DNA of 63,987 nucleotides, filler included, from Reticulomyxa filosa (GCA_000512085.1; 18 parts of 18 records of this genome joined end to end with filler, not necessarily neighbours in it), one strand, 5' to 3'; numbered from the whole stretch's first letter, positions 13,153-25,939 are shown. Numbers and translations: made by a program. The notes: generated from the sequence alone by a model not told the origin.

Positions 13153-13929
13153 TGTGTAGTTTTGTTTTATTGCAATTGTTGATTAAATTTTTTTTTATTT
13201 AACTTTAACATATAATTTTTTTATTTGATTGTATTAGAATGATTTATGAGTTAAAATGCAATTTTCATTTGTATGACACTTTGATTTTCAATTCGTATTT
13301 CGTTGTGAATGTTACTTTGACTGTTATCATGTTAAACAAATTATGTGGAATTTTTTGCATATGTGGTACATTTGCTAATCGAAAACTTCCAAAGAACAAC
13401 TGTTCAAAAACGATTTATTATTATTATTTTTTTAAAAAATAAAATATATTAATGTTAATAACTGGCCCAAAATCCAATTTAAAACAAAATCTGATTGAAT
13501 CTCAACAGCATTGAATCGATCTAGTTTAAAAAGAAAATCATTGCTGATCTAACTTAAAATTTTTGTTTTTGTTAGATTGTATGGACGTTGATATTTGTTG
13601 TTACTTGTTTAATGAATCGTTTCGTTGTCCAAGTTGATGTCATTGTTGTATCAATTTTCATTACTTCTTATTTCTTTCAATTTTTGATTGACTGATTAAT
13701 ATATTTCATTTAAGATTTTTTTTTATGTTGTATCATTTTTTATTTCATCAAATATTTTATTCAAGTCTTTTTTTCTGTCGCAATTTCTATCAAGTAATTA
13801 ATATAATTTTTCTTTTTTTATTGTAATTTTTTATTTTATTTGAAAATTTTGTTCAATTTTACTTGTTCATTCGTTTGTAATAAATAGTTGAAATAATTAC
13901 TTGTAGTAATAATAATTTGTATATAACAG

Positions 13930-14272
13930 TTATTGTGATAAAATAAAATTCAGAATTCAGTTATTCTATTATTTGTAGAATCATTAAAATCAATTTTATT
14001 TATATGTATACAATATATAATATAATCAAATTTTTAATTTATTATTTGCAGCCTTAATTTTGCTTTTATATAATCATGCAAATTAGCAATATAACTATTT
14101 TTCTAAATAGTACTAAAAGAAAAAAAATATTGTGCATATATATTTCTGAATCCTGAGTTTTTTTCCTGAAAGTTAAATCTATTAATAGAAAAGTGTTTTT
14201 AAGGATCTGTATAAACTTATTATGACTATTATAATTTTGATAATTTAAATTGTCAAATTATTTATGTAACAA
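13930..14272. repeat. AT-rich dispersed repeat, copy A
   Basis: Shares two blocks with 31711-31814 and 32076-32242, e.g. AATATAACTATTTTTCTAAATAGTA, TCTGAATCCTGAGTTTTTT and AAATTGTCAAATTATTTATG. Confidence 0.8.
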
Positions 14273-16369
14273 TTGCAAGGTTTTTAAAAGTCATATCCAA
14301 ACAAGAAAAGTTATTTAAAAATCAATGTTATAATTATACCCTTAAGTATTAGCGTTTATGTTTTCAAATAATATTTAATAAAACATTATCGAAATCAACA
14401 TATTTTAACTGAATTTACGTTGTAAATTGTTAAGTAAGCCAGTGATACTGATTCGGCAATATTTAATTTTTTGGGATAATGTAAGATTTGTATGTAATAC
14501 ATGCAAATACATGTTTATCAATATTTCAAATTCACAATCTAGTATAATCATATATGATAAAACAATAATAACACTTATCACACAAATGAATATATATATT
14601 TTTTTATATGGTCTTAATTAACTTATTCTCGTCAATGTCTTCATTGCAGTACTTCCATGCAGGAAGCAATTTTCTTTTTAATATTGGTAAAAGACTGTTG
14701 AAGTTGTTTCATCTGTTTTGTCATTATTAATTTTTTAAAATATACTTTTGCTCAAAAAATTGGATTACTTTGTCTTAAAGCTCCTTTGTTGACTCGATTT
14801 CAATCCCNNNNNNNNNNNNNNNNNNNNNNNNNNNNNNNNNNNNNNNNNNNNTTAATTAATTAANNNNNNNNNNNNNNNNNNNNNNNNNNNNNNNNNNNNN
14901 NNNNNNNTTTTTTTATTTTAAATATAAAAAAGTGTTAGGCCGACAGGTGAAGGACAATGCATCCTATTACAGCAATTGGGCAAATCGCACATGTTCCTTC
15001 TAAGACAGCCTTTTTTTTTTGGATGATGTTTCTAGCAAGTGTTATCATTTAACATTTGCCTTCTTTCTCATCCAATCATTCTCTTCATGATTTCTATTTT
15101 TTCAAACAAATTTACTCAACTTTTTTACACTCGCAACGGCGCATACTTCAAAGACTTTTCTTGAAAAGTTCAAACATTTTTCAAAAGTAATATGTATGTT
15201 TAAATCGGACATTAAAAAGTTATTATAAAACTGTTTCAAACACAATAAATCAAAAAAGACTACTAAAAAGGACAGTACTTTAAAAAAAACTCTCAAAGTT
15301 TTTTTTTTAACATTTACAAATTTTTAAGTAATTTTGTTGTTTTAAATTTATAAACAAATATGAAGAAATTGACATCATGATTGCAACAACGTCCTTCCAA
15401 AAAACTCATTTATTTTGTTTATTGTTATCTCGAAACTTTCATTGCTCAAATTTAAACAATAATTTAAATGTTTTATTGATATTTCCTTTGCACTTATATT
15501 TTATTTCAATACAAACAAGAGTTGCATGAATGGAATGACTCCATATTGCACCACAACAAGTTGTTCAAGTATGTTTTATTTTGTTTATTATTGCTAACAG
15601 CTTGAACAAGGAAAATGAAGCAAAAACAAAATGCCAAAAAAATAAAAATAACATTCCCAACATCAAAATTTATTTTGTTACGTTTTTTTCTCTTATTTTT
15701 AGTAATATTTGTTGTTTGGTACAATCATTTGTAGAGATGCAAGAAAGGTGGTTTTCTAGATTTTATTAGATAAAAGTGAAAGTGAATTTAAATAAAAGAA
15801 AAGGATAAAGAGTGTTTCTCATTAAAGAGTTGAATTATTACAACTCTGGACACATTCAACAAATTTTTTATTATTCGTTTCGACTCCATAAATTTTTTTT
15901 AAAAAAATTTTGCAAATAATTTATTGGGAATATTTTTCGAAAATGCTTAAAAAAAGTTTGCAAATTTCATGGTTATGATACAGACACGACACTTTGTAAG
16001 TTTCAATTGGAATCACATTAGATTTTAAATTGAATTTTTTGAAATACTTTTTTATTGTAACATTAATTTAGTATTATATTGTTATAAACAATTAAGAGTT
16101 TTTAATATTTTCATCTTTATACGTGAGATACTGTCCAAAGCAGAAACAAGTCAGCAAATTATGCTTTAAAAGACATAAAATGCGAAATATTGCATTACTA
16201 GAATTTGACAAATCATTGTTATTACTATCAAAAAGAATTTCTTTCTAAAATGAAAAACATTAAGTAGAATGTAAAAATTTAAAATAGTATATCATTTGAA
16301 AAGCATATTCCAACATTAAATTCATTTAGTTATCACTCCAAAAGTTAAAATATAAAATAGTGCATGATA

Positions 16370-17979
16370 TTATGTCTTCAAAGTTCTCAGTTTAAGGACT
16401 GTTTCTGGGATCTTTCCAATGTTCATCGGAATATCTACTCCAATAATTTCAAAATCATCAAAAATGTCCATAGAATGAGTTAGTTGGAATTGTTGATAGT
16501 TGTCTCGCTTTATCATTATCGCGCTTCCTGTTAATCGAAAGAGTTCTCTGTCCTCAGCAGTCAACATTCTGTTGTATGATTTTTTAACTACTTTTTTGAA
16601 GTTGTAAGAGCATTACACAATAAAACAGAAAAATTTTGCCACTCAACGCTTCCAGATATGGAATTAATTTTTGAATAATTTTATTATTTATTGAGTATTG
16701 CTCATTGACAATTTCAACTTTATTGTTTGTGGCTAAAACAGCCTGATTATTAGCAGCGTTTGTTGTAGCATTGACGGGGCTCAAACGTTCAAGCTGTTGT
16801 CCGGGTTGACACATATAACTTTCCAACTCAATTTTTTTGTGTTTGCGGTTGTTATAAGTATCATTACTTTTCAACTGTTGTTCCTTGCAACTATTTTTCA
16901 GTTGTTCAATTTTTAACAAGTTGTTTTCATTTTCATTGCGGTAATGAAAAAATTGCTTTAAAATACAAAGTTGCTCTTTCGCGAATTTGTGAAACATGGC
17001 CTGGTAATAATGACCACATTTGCATTGATGTAATTCATTTATAATTGCTGATATTTCTGCATTAACTCTTTGGATTGCACGAATTTGTGTGTCAATGGTA
17101 TCTGTTTGCACATTTTCTGTGTCCACAAACAACGTAAACGTGTCTTGCATTTGTTGATATTTTGCAAAAACTTGATCGCATGTGCATTTGATTTTCTGAG
17201 TCGCTTTTTCCTTTTTAAGTTATTTTTAAAAAGTATTGAGGCTTTTAATTGTTTTTTAAATTATTTGTTTTTTTGTAAGAAGAAACAATAACTATGTCGT
17301 ATGTATGATCACCATTTTTGAGCGATATCCCACCAGTTGTATCGAATATGTCTCTATTTAATGTATTATTGCAGTAATTAAACCAATTTTGGTAACTGCA
17401 AACAAATAAAAATTTAAAATTAGTTTATTACTTTTTTTCAGAAAAGGAAGCAGCAACAAGCTCTTCTAGTTCCGTTCTTAAATCTTTCCATTGTTTGGAA
17501 AGTTCATCTCTAATTTTTCGATCATTTTCTCGTTTTATCAATTCTTGATGAACAGCTTCCGTCATTTGACTAACCTTGGATTTTGTTTTTTTAATTTTTC
17601 TTTTTTCTTGTGCTCCAACCTCAAGCAAGATAAAAGTGTTAAAAAAGTAAACACCAGCGAACGAACAAACCTGTGCTTTTTTGTCTTGAATATCTTTGAT
17701 CATATTTCTACATTTTTGTTCAAATTCTGATCGTGATGGTTCTTGTGGTAGTTCTTTTTCTAATTTATCGATATAAGCTTGTAGTTCTTTTAAAGATATC
17801 ATCAACAGTTTGTCTGATGTCAAATCGAGGACATCTTTTAAAAATATATCATGTCTTTCGACACAATCTTGCTCAATGGTAATAGCATCTTCGGGTTTTG
17901 GAGACGCTATTTGTTGATCGTAAATATGTTCAAACGTTGAGTCTTGGCTGCAATCAGTGCTGGATGTTGGTGAATGCAT
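16370..17979 (-). CDS. Hypothetical coiled-coil protein (multi-exon)
   Basis: Same-strand ORFs 17428-18024, 16584-17150 and 16370-16567 with E/K/Q-rich helical composition, separated by short AT-rich introns. Confidence 0.55.
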
Positions 17980-18566
17980 TTTGATTTTGTGGCCCGAACA
18001 ACAATACCAAAAAGAAGCGAACAAAAAGAGTGATTTTCAATGCAATGATGTCAATGAATTGAAACTACTAAAATCGTAACCGTAAAGCAGAAAGCTTCAA
18101 ACCAGCTCTTTTTTTCAGCTGATAGATCTAAGTAATTTACCTTTTAAAGAGATTGTAAGCCACTATTTTTTACATCAAATTGTTAAAAAAAAACAAGTTT
18201 TGAAAATTTTAGAATTTAGAATGAGTGTGAGCAAGAGACTACCAAATCGGAAGAGACACATTGACAAAAGATATTCATTAAAGATGAGCTGATTCGCCAC
18301 CCCAAAATTGAGAGCATTTTTTTAAAAAAGGTTTCGTATTTTGATTGACCTAGTTTTCAAAGGTTATGCATATACAAACTACACAAAATAGAGCAGGTGC
18401 AATTTCCATGATACACAATAGTTTGAGGGAAGCGACAAAAAAAATAATAATAATAAAAAGAGGAGGGGGGGGGGTGCAGGTGGTGCAAAAAAAAAAGAAA
18501 AATTTAAAAAAGTATTTTTATGTTTTACTTTTTAATTTAAATTTTTTTTTTTTAAAATGTCTTATT

Positions 18567-19305
18567 TTATTCATCATTGACCAATGCAGCAACAGCCAAG
18601 GCGGCACCTTTTCCACTCCCATCTTCTGAATGCACCAAATCTACACGACTTCCAATTTCAGTATCGAGAATACGTGAAATTGTTTCTTTCATGCGTTGTT
18701 CATAGCCAGGGATTTTTATATAAACGCTTCCATCCACGCCGACGGTGATTTTTTTGCTTGGATCTTTGGTGTATTCCTCCGACAACGTGAATGTTCCCTT
18801 TTCACGGAGGATCCAATCATCGGCTTTCGAGGTCGTGAAAATTCCCGACTTTTCAAACACCGCCGTCAAACACGTGGCGGCCATATCTGCAGAGCGCTGC
18901 GTCACCAATCTACAAGTCTACACACATACCAAAAAAAAAAAAGATAGATAAAAATAGATATAAAGATTACAGCCAAAAAAAATTAATAAAGATTTACTTA
19001 TATTCGAAGACGCAGAAGAAACAAACTTTTTGGAAGGTTTCAGCATCTTTATAGTCTGCGGTGAGCGTAAAGGAGTTCTGGAGATACTCGAGCAGTCCTT
19101 CGTAATCGGTGCCAAATCGCAGCACTTCGGAAACCATTTCGGAGGTAAACCTCCAGCGTTCGTTGAGCAAGCTTTCCTCCCCCAAATCTGTGATCCTCTC
19201 TCGGAACACCTCAATCATCAACAGTCGACACATTTCGCCAATGTAATAGCCACTAATCATTTTCTCGTTCAAATACGCGCCACGGTTGGGAGTATACTCA
19301 TCCAT
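18567..19305 (-). CDS. HXK: Hexokinase, C-terminal exons (5' truncated)
   Basis: Motifs EKMISGYYIGEMCRL, VTQRSADMAA, VGVDGSVY and SEDGSGKGAALAVA; GT-AG intron joining TFQK|TCRLVTQR. Confidence 0.92.
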
Positions 19306-19357
19306 CTTACACACGCATACAAAAATTGAACCGCTTAGCAAACGCATGCATATATAC

Positions 19358-19391
<34 letters not shown>

Positions 19392-19573
19392 NNNNNNNNN
19401 NNNNNNNNNNNNNNNNNNNNNNNNNNNNNNNNNNNTTAATTAATTAANNNNNNNNNNNNNNNNNNNNNNNNNNNNNNNNNNNNNNNNNNNNAAAAAAAAA
19501 AAAAAAAAAAATGTGATACTTCTTTCTATCCAAAAAAAAAATTACTTGTTTGTAAATTTGAACGAAACACAAC

Positions 19574-19850
19574 ATGAGGTACATAGATGTGATAAATCAC
19601 GAAATTGGCGTATCCCCAGTATTGCTCAAGTCAGTCCGCAAGTTGAACGAAAATGAAATCATCTTGTTTTACAAGCAAGTCATGGATATCTTTTTACAGT
19701 CTGCGAAAAACAATGACGCCAGTGTTGCAAGGGAGTCACGCAGACAAGCACTGGGAGTGCTGGCAAGTGAATTGATCTCTCACGCCAAAGAAAAAGCGAC
19801 GACGATGTACGTACTTGCAACACTTGTTCTTACTTTCCAAAAAAAAAAAT

Positions 19851-19895
<45 letters not shown>

Positions 19896-20604
19896 TATAC
19901 AACAATATACACATAACATATACATATATGTATATCTATGTATGAAAAAAAAAAAAAGGAACATATTGATTTGCATGATTTGCCTGCTGATTATCGCCCG
20001 TCATTGCCGATGCTGAAACATACCAGTTTGATATGCGATTTGATGCAAGAAGAGTGGCCGAAGAAAGGCCAAATTGCATCGGGAGATGCGCTGTACGCAT
20101 TGAATGAAGTGTTGGTGAAGATGCGCAATATCTTGGTGCAACTGTCCGAAATTTCCTCGGAAAAAGAGCGAACACGGTGAGGTTTGCCATTGCAGGAGGA
20201 GACCGCATTTTGAACGCTGTTTGTTGCGCCTACGCGAGCTTGTTTCGACATTACCAAACCTTGTTGGCCAAATTCTCATTGGAATTTTTTGTCATGCCTT
20301 TTTCGCAAAACCACTATGCCGAATGGTTGGCAAGGATGGATCCTTGGTATAAGTTAAGTTAAATCTATTCTCTCCCTTTTCTTCAAGGGTCATACACATA
20401 TTGTTTGATATGTATATGTACAAGTCGCCACATGTACATTCCATTTCAATCTCCAATCTTTGTTTGTCCTGGAATGCATCCTTCCACACGGCCGAAAAAA
20501 GAACCCATTGGCAAAATTGTTTCGTTTTTTTTTTTTTTTTGTTTGTTTGTTTGTTTGTTTTTATTATTATTATTATTATTATGTGAGACTGCAGGCAGAT
20601 ATGT
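19574..20604 (+). CDS. Protein with PI3K-gamma adaptor (p101/p87)-like or PACS-like alpha/beta domain (partial)
   Basis: VRFAIAGGDRILNAVCCAYASL..LEFFVMPFSQNHYAEWLARMDPWY resembles my recollection of PIK3R5 (RVVVFGSDRI..AYSNL..LQFFYVP..DPWY). One homopolymer frameshift near 20165. Confidence 0.55.
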
Positions 20605-20704
20605 NNNNNNNNNNNNNNNNNNNNNNNNNNNNNNNNNNNNNNNNNNNNTTAATTAATTAANNNNNNNNNNNNNNNNNNNNNNNNNNNNNNNNNNNNNNNN
20701 NNNN

Positions 20705-20880
20705 TGGGCGCGTACCTGGCCGGAGATCAGCCGCAGCAGCGTGGTTTTGCCGCTGCCGCTGCCGCCCATGATGGCCACCAGCTTGCCGCGGGGGATGGTA
20801 AGGGAGATGTCCTGCAGTATCGGCCGGTCGCCGTAGGCAAAGCTGACGTTTTTGAGCTCGATGAAACTGTCGGAAGACAC
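20705..20880 (-). CDS. mlaF: Bacterial phospholipid ABC transporter ATP-binding subunit, 5' fragment
   Basis: MSSDSFIELKNVSFAYGDRPILQDISLTIPRGKLVAIMGGSGSGKTTLLRLISGQ; Walker A in the MlaF/Ttg2A-style IMGGSGSGKTT context; GC-rich; GTG start with AGGA upstream. Confidence 0.8.
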
Positions 20881-20902
20881 GATCAGGGATTGTCCTGTGA
20901 AA

Positions 20903-20942
20903 TCAAGAAGAAACAGGGAGCCGACTGTTGCCGACTCCCTGT
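20903..20942 (-). terminator. Intrinsic terminator-like hairpin between dapD and mlaF
   Basis: Minus strand reads ACAGGGAGTCGG-CAACAG-TCGGCTCCCTGT (12-bp stem with two G-U pairs) followed by TTCTTCTT. Confidence 0.55.
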
Positions 20943-21065
20943 GGGCATTTTATCTGCCTTGTGTGCAGTGCGCAAAATGCCAGCGCGCTTTTTTTGTGTA
21001 GAAATTGTTACCGTGCGTGATTAATACAGCGCTGAAAACTATCGATAACAAGACCTTAAAAAAGC

Positions 21066-21828
21066 TTAGACGCCGCGCAGCAGTTCGTTGATGCTGGTTT
21101 GCTGCGGGTTTGCGCGTCCACTTTCTTGACGATCACGGCGCAGTACAGGCTGTGGCTGCCATCCTTGGACGGCAGGTTGCCGGACACTACCACCGAGCCC
21201 GGCGGGATGCGGCCGTAGCTGATTTCGCCGGTTTTCGCGGTCGTAGATCTTGGTGGACTGGCCGATGTACACGCCCATCGAGATCACCGAGCCTTCACCG
21301 ACGATCACGCCTTCTACCACCTCGGAGCGGGCGCCGATGAAGCAGTTGTCTTCGATGATGGTGGGGTTGGCCTGCAGCGGCTCCAGCACGCCACCGATGC
21401 CGACACCACCGGACAGGTGCACGTTCTTGCCGATCTGGGCGCAGCTGCCTACGGTGGCCCAGGTGTCTACCATGGTGCCTTCATCGACGTAGGCGCCGAT
21501 GTTGACGTAGGACGGCATCAGCACGGTGTTTTTGGCGACGAAGCTGCCTTTACGAGCCACGGCGCCCGGTACGGCGCGGAAGCCGGCTTGCTGGAAGCGT
21601 TCCTGGTTCCAGTCGGCAAACTTGGTGTCCACCTTGTCGAAGTAACGGCTCACGCCGTCATCCAGCAGTACGTTGTCGCGAATGCGGAACGACAGCAGCA
21701 CGGCCTTCTTCACCCACTGGTGTACGACCCAGTCGCCGTCGATTTTCTCGGCCACGCGCAAGTGGCCGTTGTCCAGTTCTTCGATCACTTGTTCCACGGC
21801 GGCTTTCAGTTCGGCCGATACGGTAGCC
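21066..21828 (-). CDS. dapD: Bacterial tetrahydrodipicolinate N-succinyltransferase (5' truncated; C-terminal frameshift errors)
   Basis: [79 protein letters not shown], ending TSINELLR. The [11 protein letters not shown] variant looks Neisseriales-like. Confidence 0.97.
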
Positions 21829-22312
21829 NNNNNNNNNNNNNNNNNNNNNNNNNNNNNNNNNNNNNNNNNNNNTTAATTAATTAANNNNNNNNNNNNNNNN
21901 NNNNNNNNNNNNNNNNNNNNNNNNNNNNATTTTAGACAAAAAAAAAGAAAAACATTTGTATATTGAAGAAGTTGTAGAGAACCTGGAGCGGAAAAACACG
22001 TTTTAAGAAAGTAAGAAGGCGTTTTTGGAAATTAAATTAAAACGAAAACAAATTTGTTTATTTGGAGTCATACTGACTCCATTGTGACGTAAGTAGTATC
22101 ACTACAAAGTCCAGAATAAATTTGCAAGCAAATTCTACAAGTGAAAAAAAAAATGCAAATAGAGAACAAATGAAAACAAAATCAAACGTAGATTGTTGTC
22201 AATCAACACTTTTTTTTCTCCTTGAAGAAGTCAAAATGAAAACACTTTCACGATTGAAAACAATTTTTTTTTGTTTGATCTCTCAGTGTTCTCACATAAT
22301 TCCCTCTATCTC

Positions 22313-22939
22313 TCACGAGTGGATATAAAGTTTGGAGTTGGGTTTAGTTTCGGAACAAGGACAGTTGATAGTTTGACAAGCTTTCCGCCCTGAGCAATGA
22401 GAAAAGTGATCAAATAGGATAGACTATTTCCAATGAGATTGTCTCTGGTTCCCATATATCATAGTCACGGACCTTGATAACCAAGCTGTTTCTCACCTCA
22501 AACTTGAAAGACTCATTCCACGAAGTTTTCGTTTGTACTTTTGTGTTCTCTTTACTTTTCCCCATCGACAGTTTCACATAAGGATCACTTTTGCCTATTC
22601 GATCATTTACACATATTATATATGCACATATACATATATGTATATATGTATATGTATTTGTTTGTTTAACTATTTTGATCCTTTGCATCCAAGTCAATGG
22701 CTTTGATAATGTCAACTTGTAAAAGTCTATTTGGCAAATTGATATCTTTTGAGACGTTGTATGTAAACGTCGCTATCAGTGTCATCGTTATCGTTATCAC
22801 TTTCACTCTCTTCCAACTGCGACGTCAAGTTGCGCTCGCTTTGTTTCCCACTTATCGCACTCGTGACCTTCCCCACGTCCGTCTTTTTGTCTTCATGCTC
22901 TTTTTCAAACTCATCTTGAAGAAGAGGGGAGAAAGTCAT
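22313..22939 (-). pseudogene. C2-domain gene fragment, probably pseudogenised
   Basis: LQVDIIKAIDLDAKD..GKSDPYVKLSMG..TKVQTKT-SWNESFKFEV..VRDYD. The usual LNP before W is missing, and there are frameshifts. Confidence 0.6.
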
Positions 22940-24240
22940 TAATTCACAATTTTATCTACTTTTTTTATTATTTTTTTATACAAAATATGATACATCCAGT
23001 TTTATCCAAGTTCGGGTCCTTAATGGCCAGATCTTTCTTGATTGATTTTAATTCATATGTTGGTACACTGCATNNNNNNNNNNNNNNNNNNNNNNNNNNN
23101 NNNNNNNNNNNNNNNNNTTAATTAATTAANNNNNNNNNNNNNNNNNNNNNNNNNNNNNNNNNNNNNNNNNNNNAAGTAATCAACAAACAATAAATTGCAT
23201 GTTTCATGCAAAATCCTTAAACAACCAAAGGGGAAAAACCAACAGTAAAATAAATTTCAATTCAAAATTTGTAAAACAAATGAAAACATAAAAACAATAA
23301 TCAAAAATATTTTATTTCATTCATAAAATTGAGGAATACCAACGTAGATTTTGATCAGACCGGTTGATATCACAAAGCCTCCAAGTTCCATAAAAACACA
23401 GTAGCTCACAATTTTAAGAAAGGATTTTGTTCCAACTGGCTGCAAGTGGCAGACATGTTCGGAAGTGTAGTAACAAAAAAAATAAATAAATAAATATATA
23501 TTATCATCATTAACGATCGTCGTGAAAAATCGTCAAGATTATCTCGAGATCACTTCAAGTAAACTTAGAACAATTAGGTATATCGATATATCTCAAAATC
23601 GTCGAAAAAATCAAATTGTTTCAACACAACAAGTCCGAAATTTTTTTTTTACTAGTAAAATTAATTTTTTATATTGATTAAAAATTTTTTTATAGTAGTT
23701 GGATTTTGTGATATTGTTAGTATTGTGTGGTTTTTAACCTTTTTCACCTTTTGGCAACGTTTTTGTTGCAATTCATTTTCGGGGGCTATTTGTCGTTGGT
23801 TCTGCATCTTACGTGTTGTGTGACTGTGAGAGGTGGAAGTGCTTTAAAACTAACCGCGTATATTTACCTCAGTTGCTTTAAGTGTACCAAGGTGCAAGCT
23901 CCTGGTAATTGAGATAGTAACTCCTTTACTGGCAACGAGCGGCTTGTGTGAGAGGGTATCGATCCTAGCTTAGCCTTAAGGGTGTTCGACGCCTTTTGGG
24001 AAATTGGCAATCTCGAGGCAAATACCGTCTTTTGCATTTGGCAGAACTCCGAGGGTTGGGTAATTTCTACTGAACATCGGGCAAAACCGAAACCCACTCG
24101 CTGATAACAAGGCTTGTGAAGGCGATCCGGACGGTCGAGGCAAGGTGTCTTTACCCCAATCGGCTCTACTGCAAGCCATGCTGGGATAAAATAACTAACA
24201 TGGAATTGGTTCAAGCATCCGATCTAATGGTAAGGCAGAC

Positions 24241-24499
24241 ATGTTAACTACACTTCCGAACATGTCTGACTCTAGTGAATTATTAAATGCCAGCATGCAT
24301 AGTGGCATTGGAAATGGATATAAAGTTGGAAATGGAATTGGACATGATATTGACATGCATGATTCCAGAAATAATGGACAACGGCAATCCAAAATAATGT
24401 CGAATGGTAATATGGATGTCAACACGAATGGTGCAAGACGAAGTGCTATAAAACGAAAGCAGCCAGACAGTGGAATAACAGATAATGTTATAAAGAAAT
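24241..24499 (+). CDS. 5' end of an intronless G/N/S-rich ORF (possibly retroelement ORF1)
   Basis: Open to the contig end and preceded by an unusually GC-rich, homopolymer-free ~450-nt leader. No diagnostic domain is visible. Confidence 0.3.
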
Positions 24500-24599
24500 N
24501 NNNNNNNNNNNNNNNNNNNNNNNNNNNNNNNNNNNNNNNNNNNTTAATTAATTAANNNNNNNNNNNNNNNNNNNNNNNNNNNNNNNNNNNNNNNNNNNN

Positions 24600-24641
<42 letters not shown>

Positions 24642-24659
24642 CTGCAATGGAAAAACAAA

Positions 24660-25658
24660 AACAATACCTAATCCTCTTGCAGATTCGTTTGTGACCAACA
24701 TATCAATAACAACGTGCCTTCGAAAGGAATCGACATAGATTAAAGTCGCAGATTGCGTCACTCCCTCTGGATCACAAACAAATCCCATTTTGACTGAAAC
24801 CTGTCAGTTTTAGGACAACGCCATCAATGCTTGATAAAAATATCAATATATATATATATATATTGATATTTTTATCAACAAGCTCAAAACAAATACAAAC
24901 AAGTAACAGCAGATCTTTGATTGATAGACGCCTTGACAGCCTGCGAATACAAAGACTGGGACATGAGTGCATTGATTTCGCGCTTTCGTTGCGGATTGCC
25001 ATTGATATCGCATATGGTCAAAGTCCACCCGTCAAAGTGATAGCACACACTCCTTTGCACGCAGTGCGCATGTTGCAACACAAGTGTGCAAGATCATACA
25101 TAACATACATACACATACACACACACACACACACATTTTTAAAAAATAAAAAAATAAAAAAGAATAATAATAAGTTTGAGTTAGAATTAGTAAAAGACTC
25201 TATCCTAACCAGCATCCCCGTACAGAACGGCGTCTGTTCCCAAACCCAATGGCGTCCATTTTATAATCTTCCAAGGTTTTATTTATATTCATATTCTTAC
25301 AAGTGTTATTGTTGTTGTTGTTGTTGTTGTTGGAAGCAGTGGCAGCAGCAGCGACACAATGGACATGATTGGATTGAACAATGGCGGGCTTGGACTCGGG
25401 AGTGGCTCTGCAACGCTGTCTTTTGTGACGTAATTGGATACTGCTTCGATGGAGCCAGACACTGGGCTGGTCGACGTTAATGGCGGCGTCCACGACACAT
25501 GACTTCCTTCGCGTGCGACTGGAGCACGCGATGGGAGACAGTAAGTCGAGTCGCAGACTCTTTTGTTCCAAATGAATGAACCAATTCAATAGATGCCAAC
25601 TGCACTTTTCCGATGTTTGTCGTTTCCATTTTATCCATTTCACTCGTTCTTCTTCTTT
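24660..25658 (-). CDS. Internal fragment of a hypothetical multi-exon gene
   Basis: GC-richer exon-like blocks alternate with (TA)n/(CA)n-containing introns; S/P/T-rich peptide SWTPPLTSTSPVSGS. Confidence 0.4.
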
Positions 25659-25939
25659 NNNNNNNNNNNNNNNNNNNNNNNNNNNNNNNNNNNNNNNNNN
25701 NNTTAATTAATTAANNNNNNNNNNNNNNNNNNNNNNNNNNNNNNNNNNNNNNNNNNNNTTGATACTGGGATAGGTCTGATAACGAGCTGCGAGCATCACC
25801 GGAGTCCATCCATCATTATTTTTTTCTTTTAGCAATTCACTGAAATTATTATACATTATATTTATTACAAAGTATATTTAATACCCTACTCTTTCCTTAA
25901 CAAATGACCAAAGATATATCATTATATATGAATATATAT

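Noticed and set aside
23630-23662. Helitron 3' end (TTTTACTAGT)
   Set aside because: No GC-rich subterminal hairpin upstream of the CTAG.
24050-24100. Hammerhead ribozyme (GGGTA..CTGAACA..CCGAAACCC)
   Set aside because: The core is CTGAACA rather than CUGANGA and no stem I can form. An HDV-like fold at ~23895-23960 also failed by eye.
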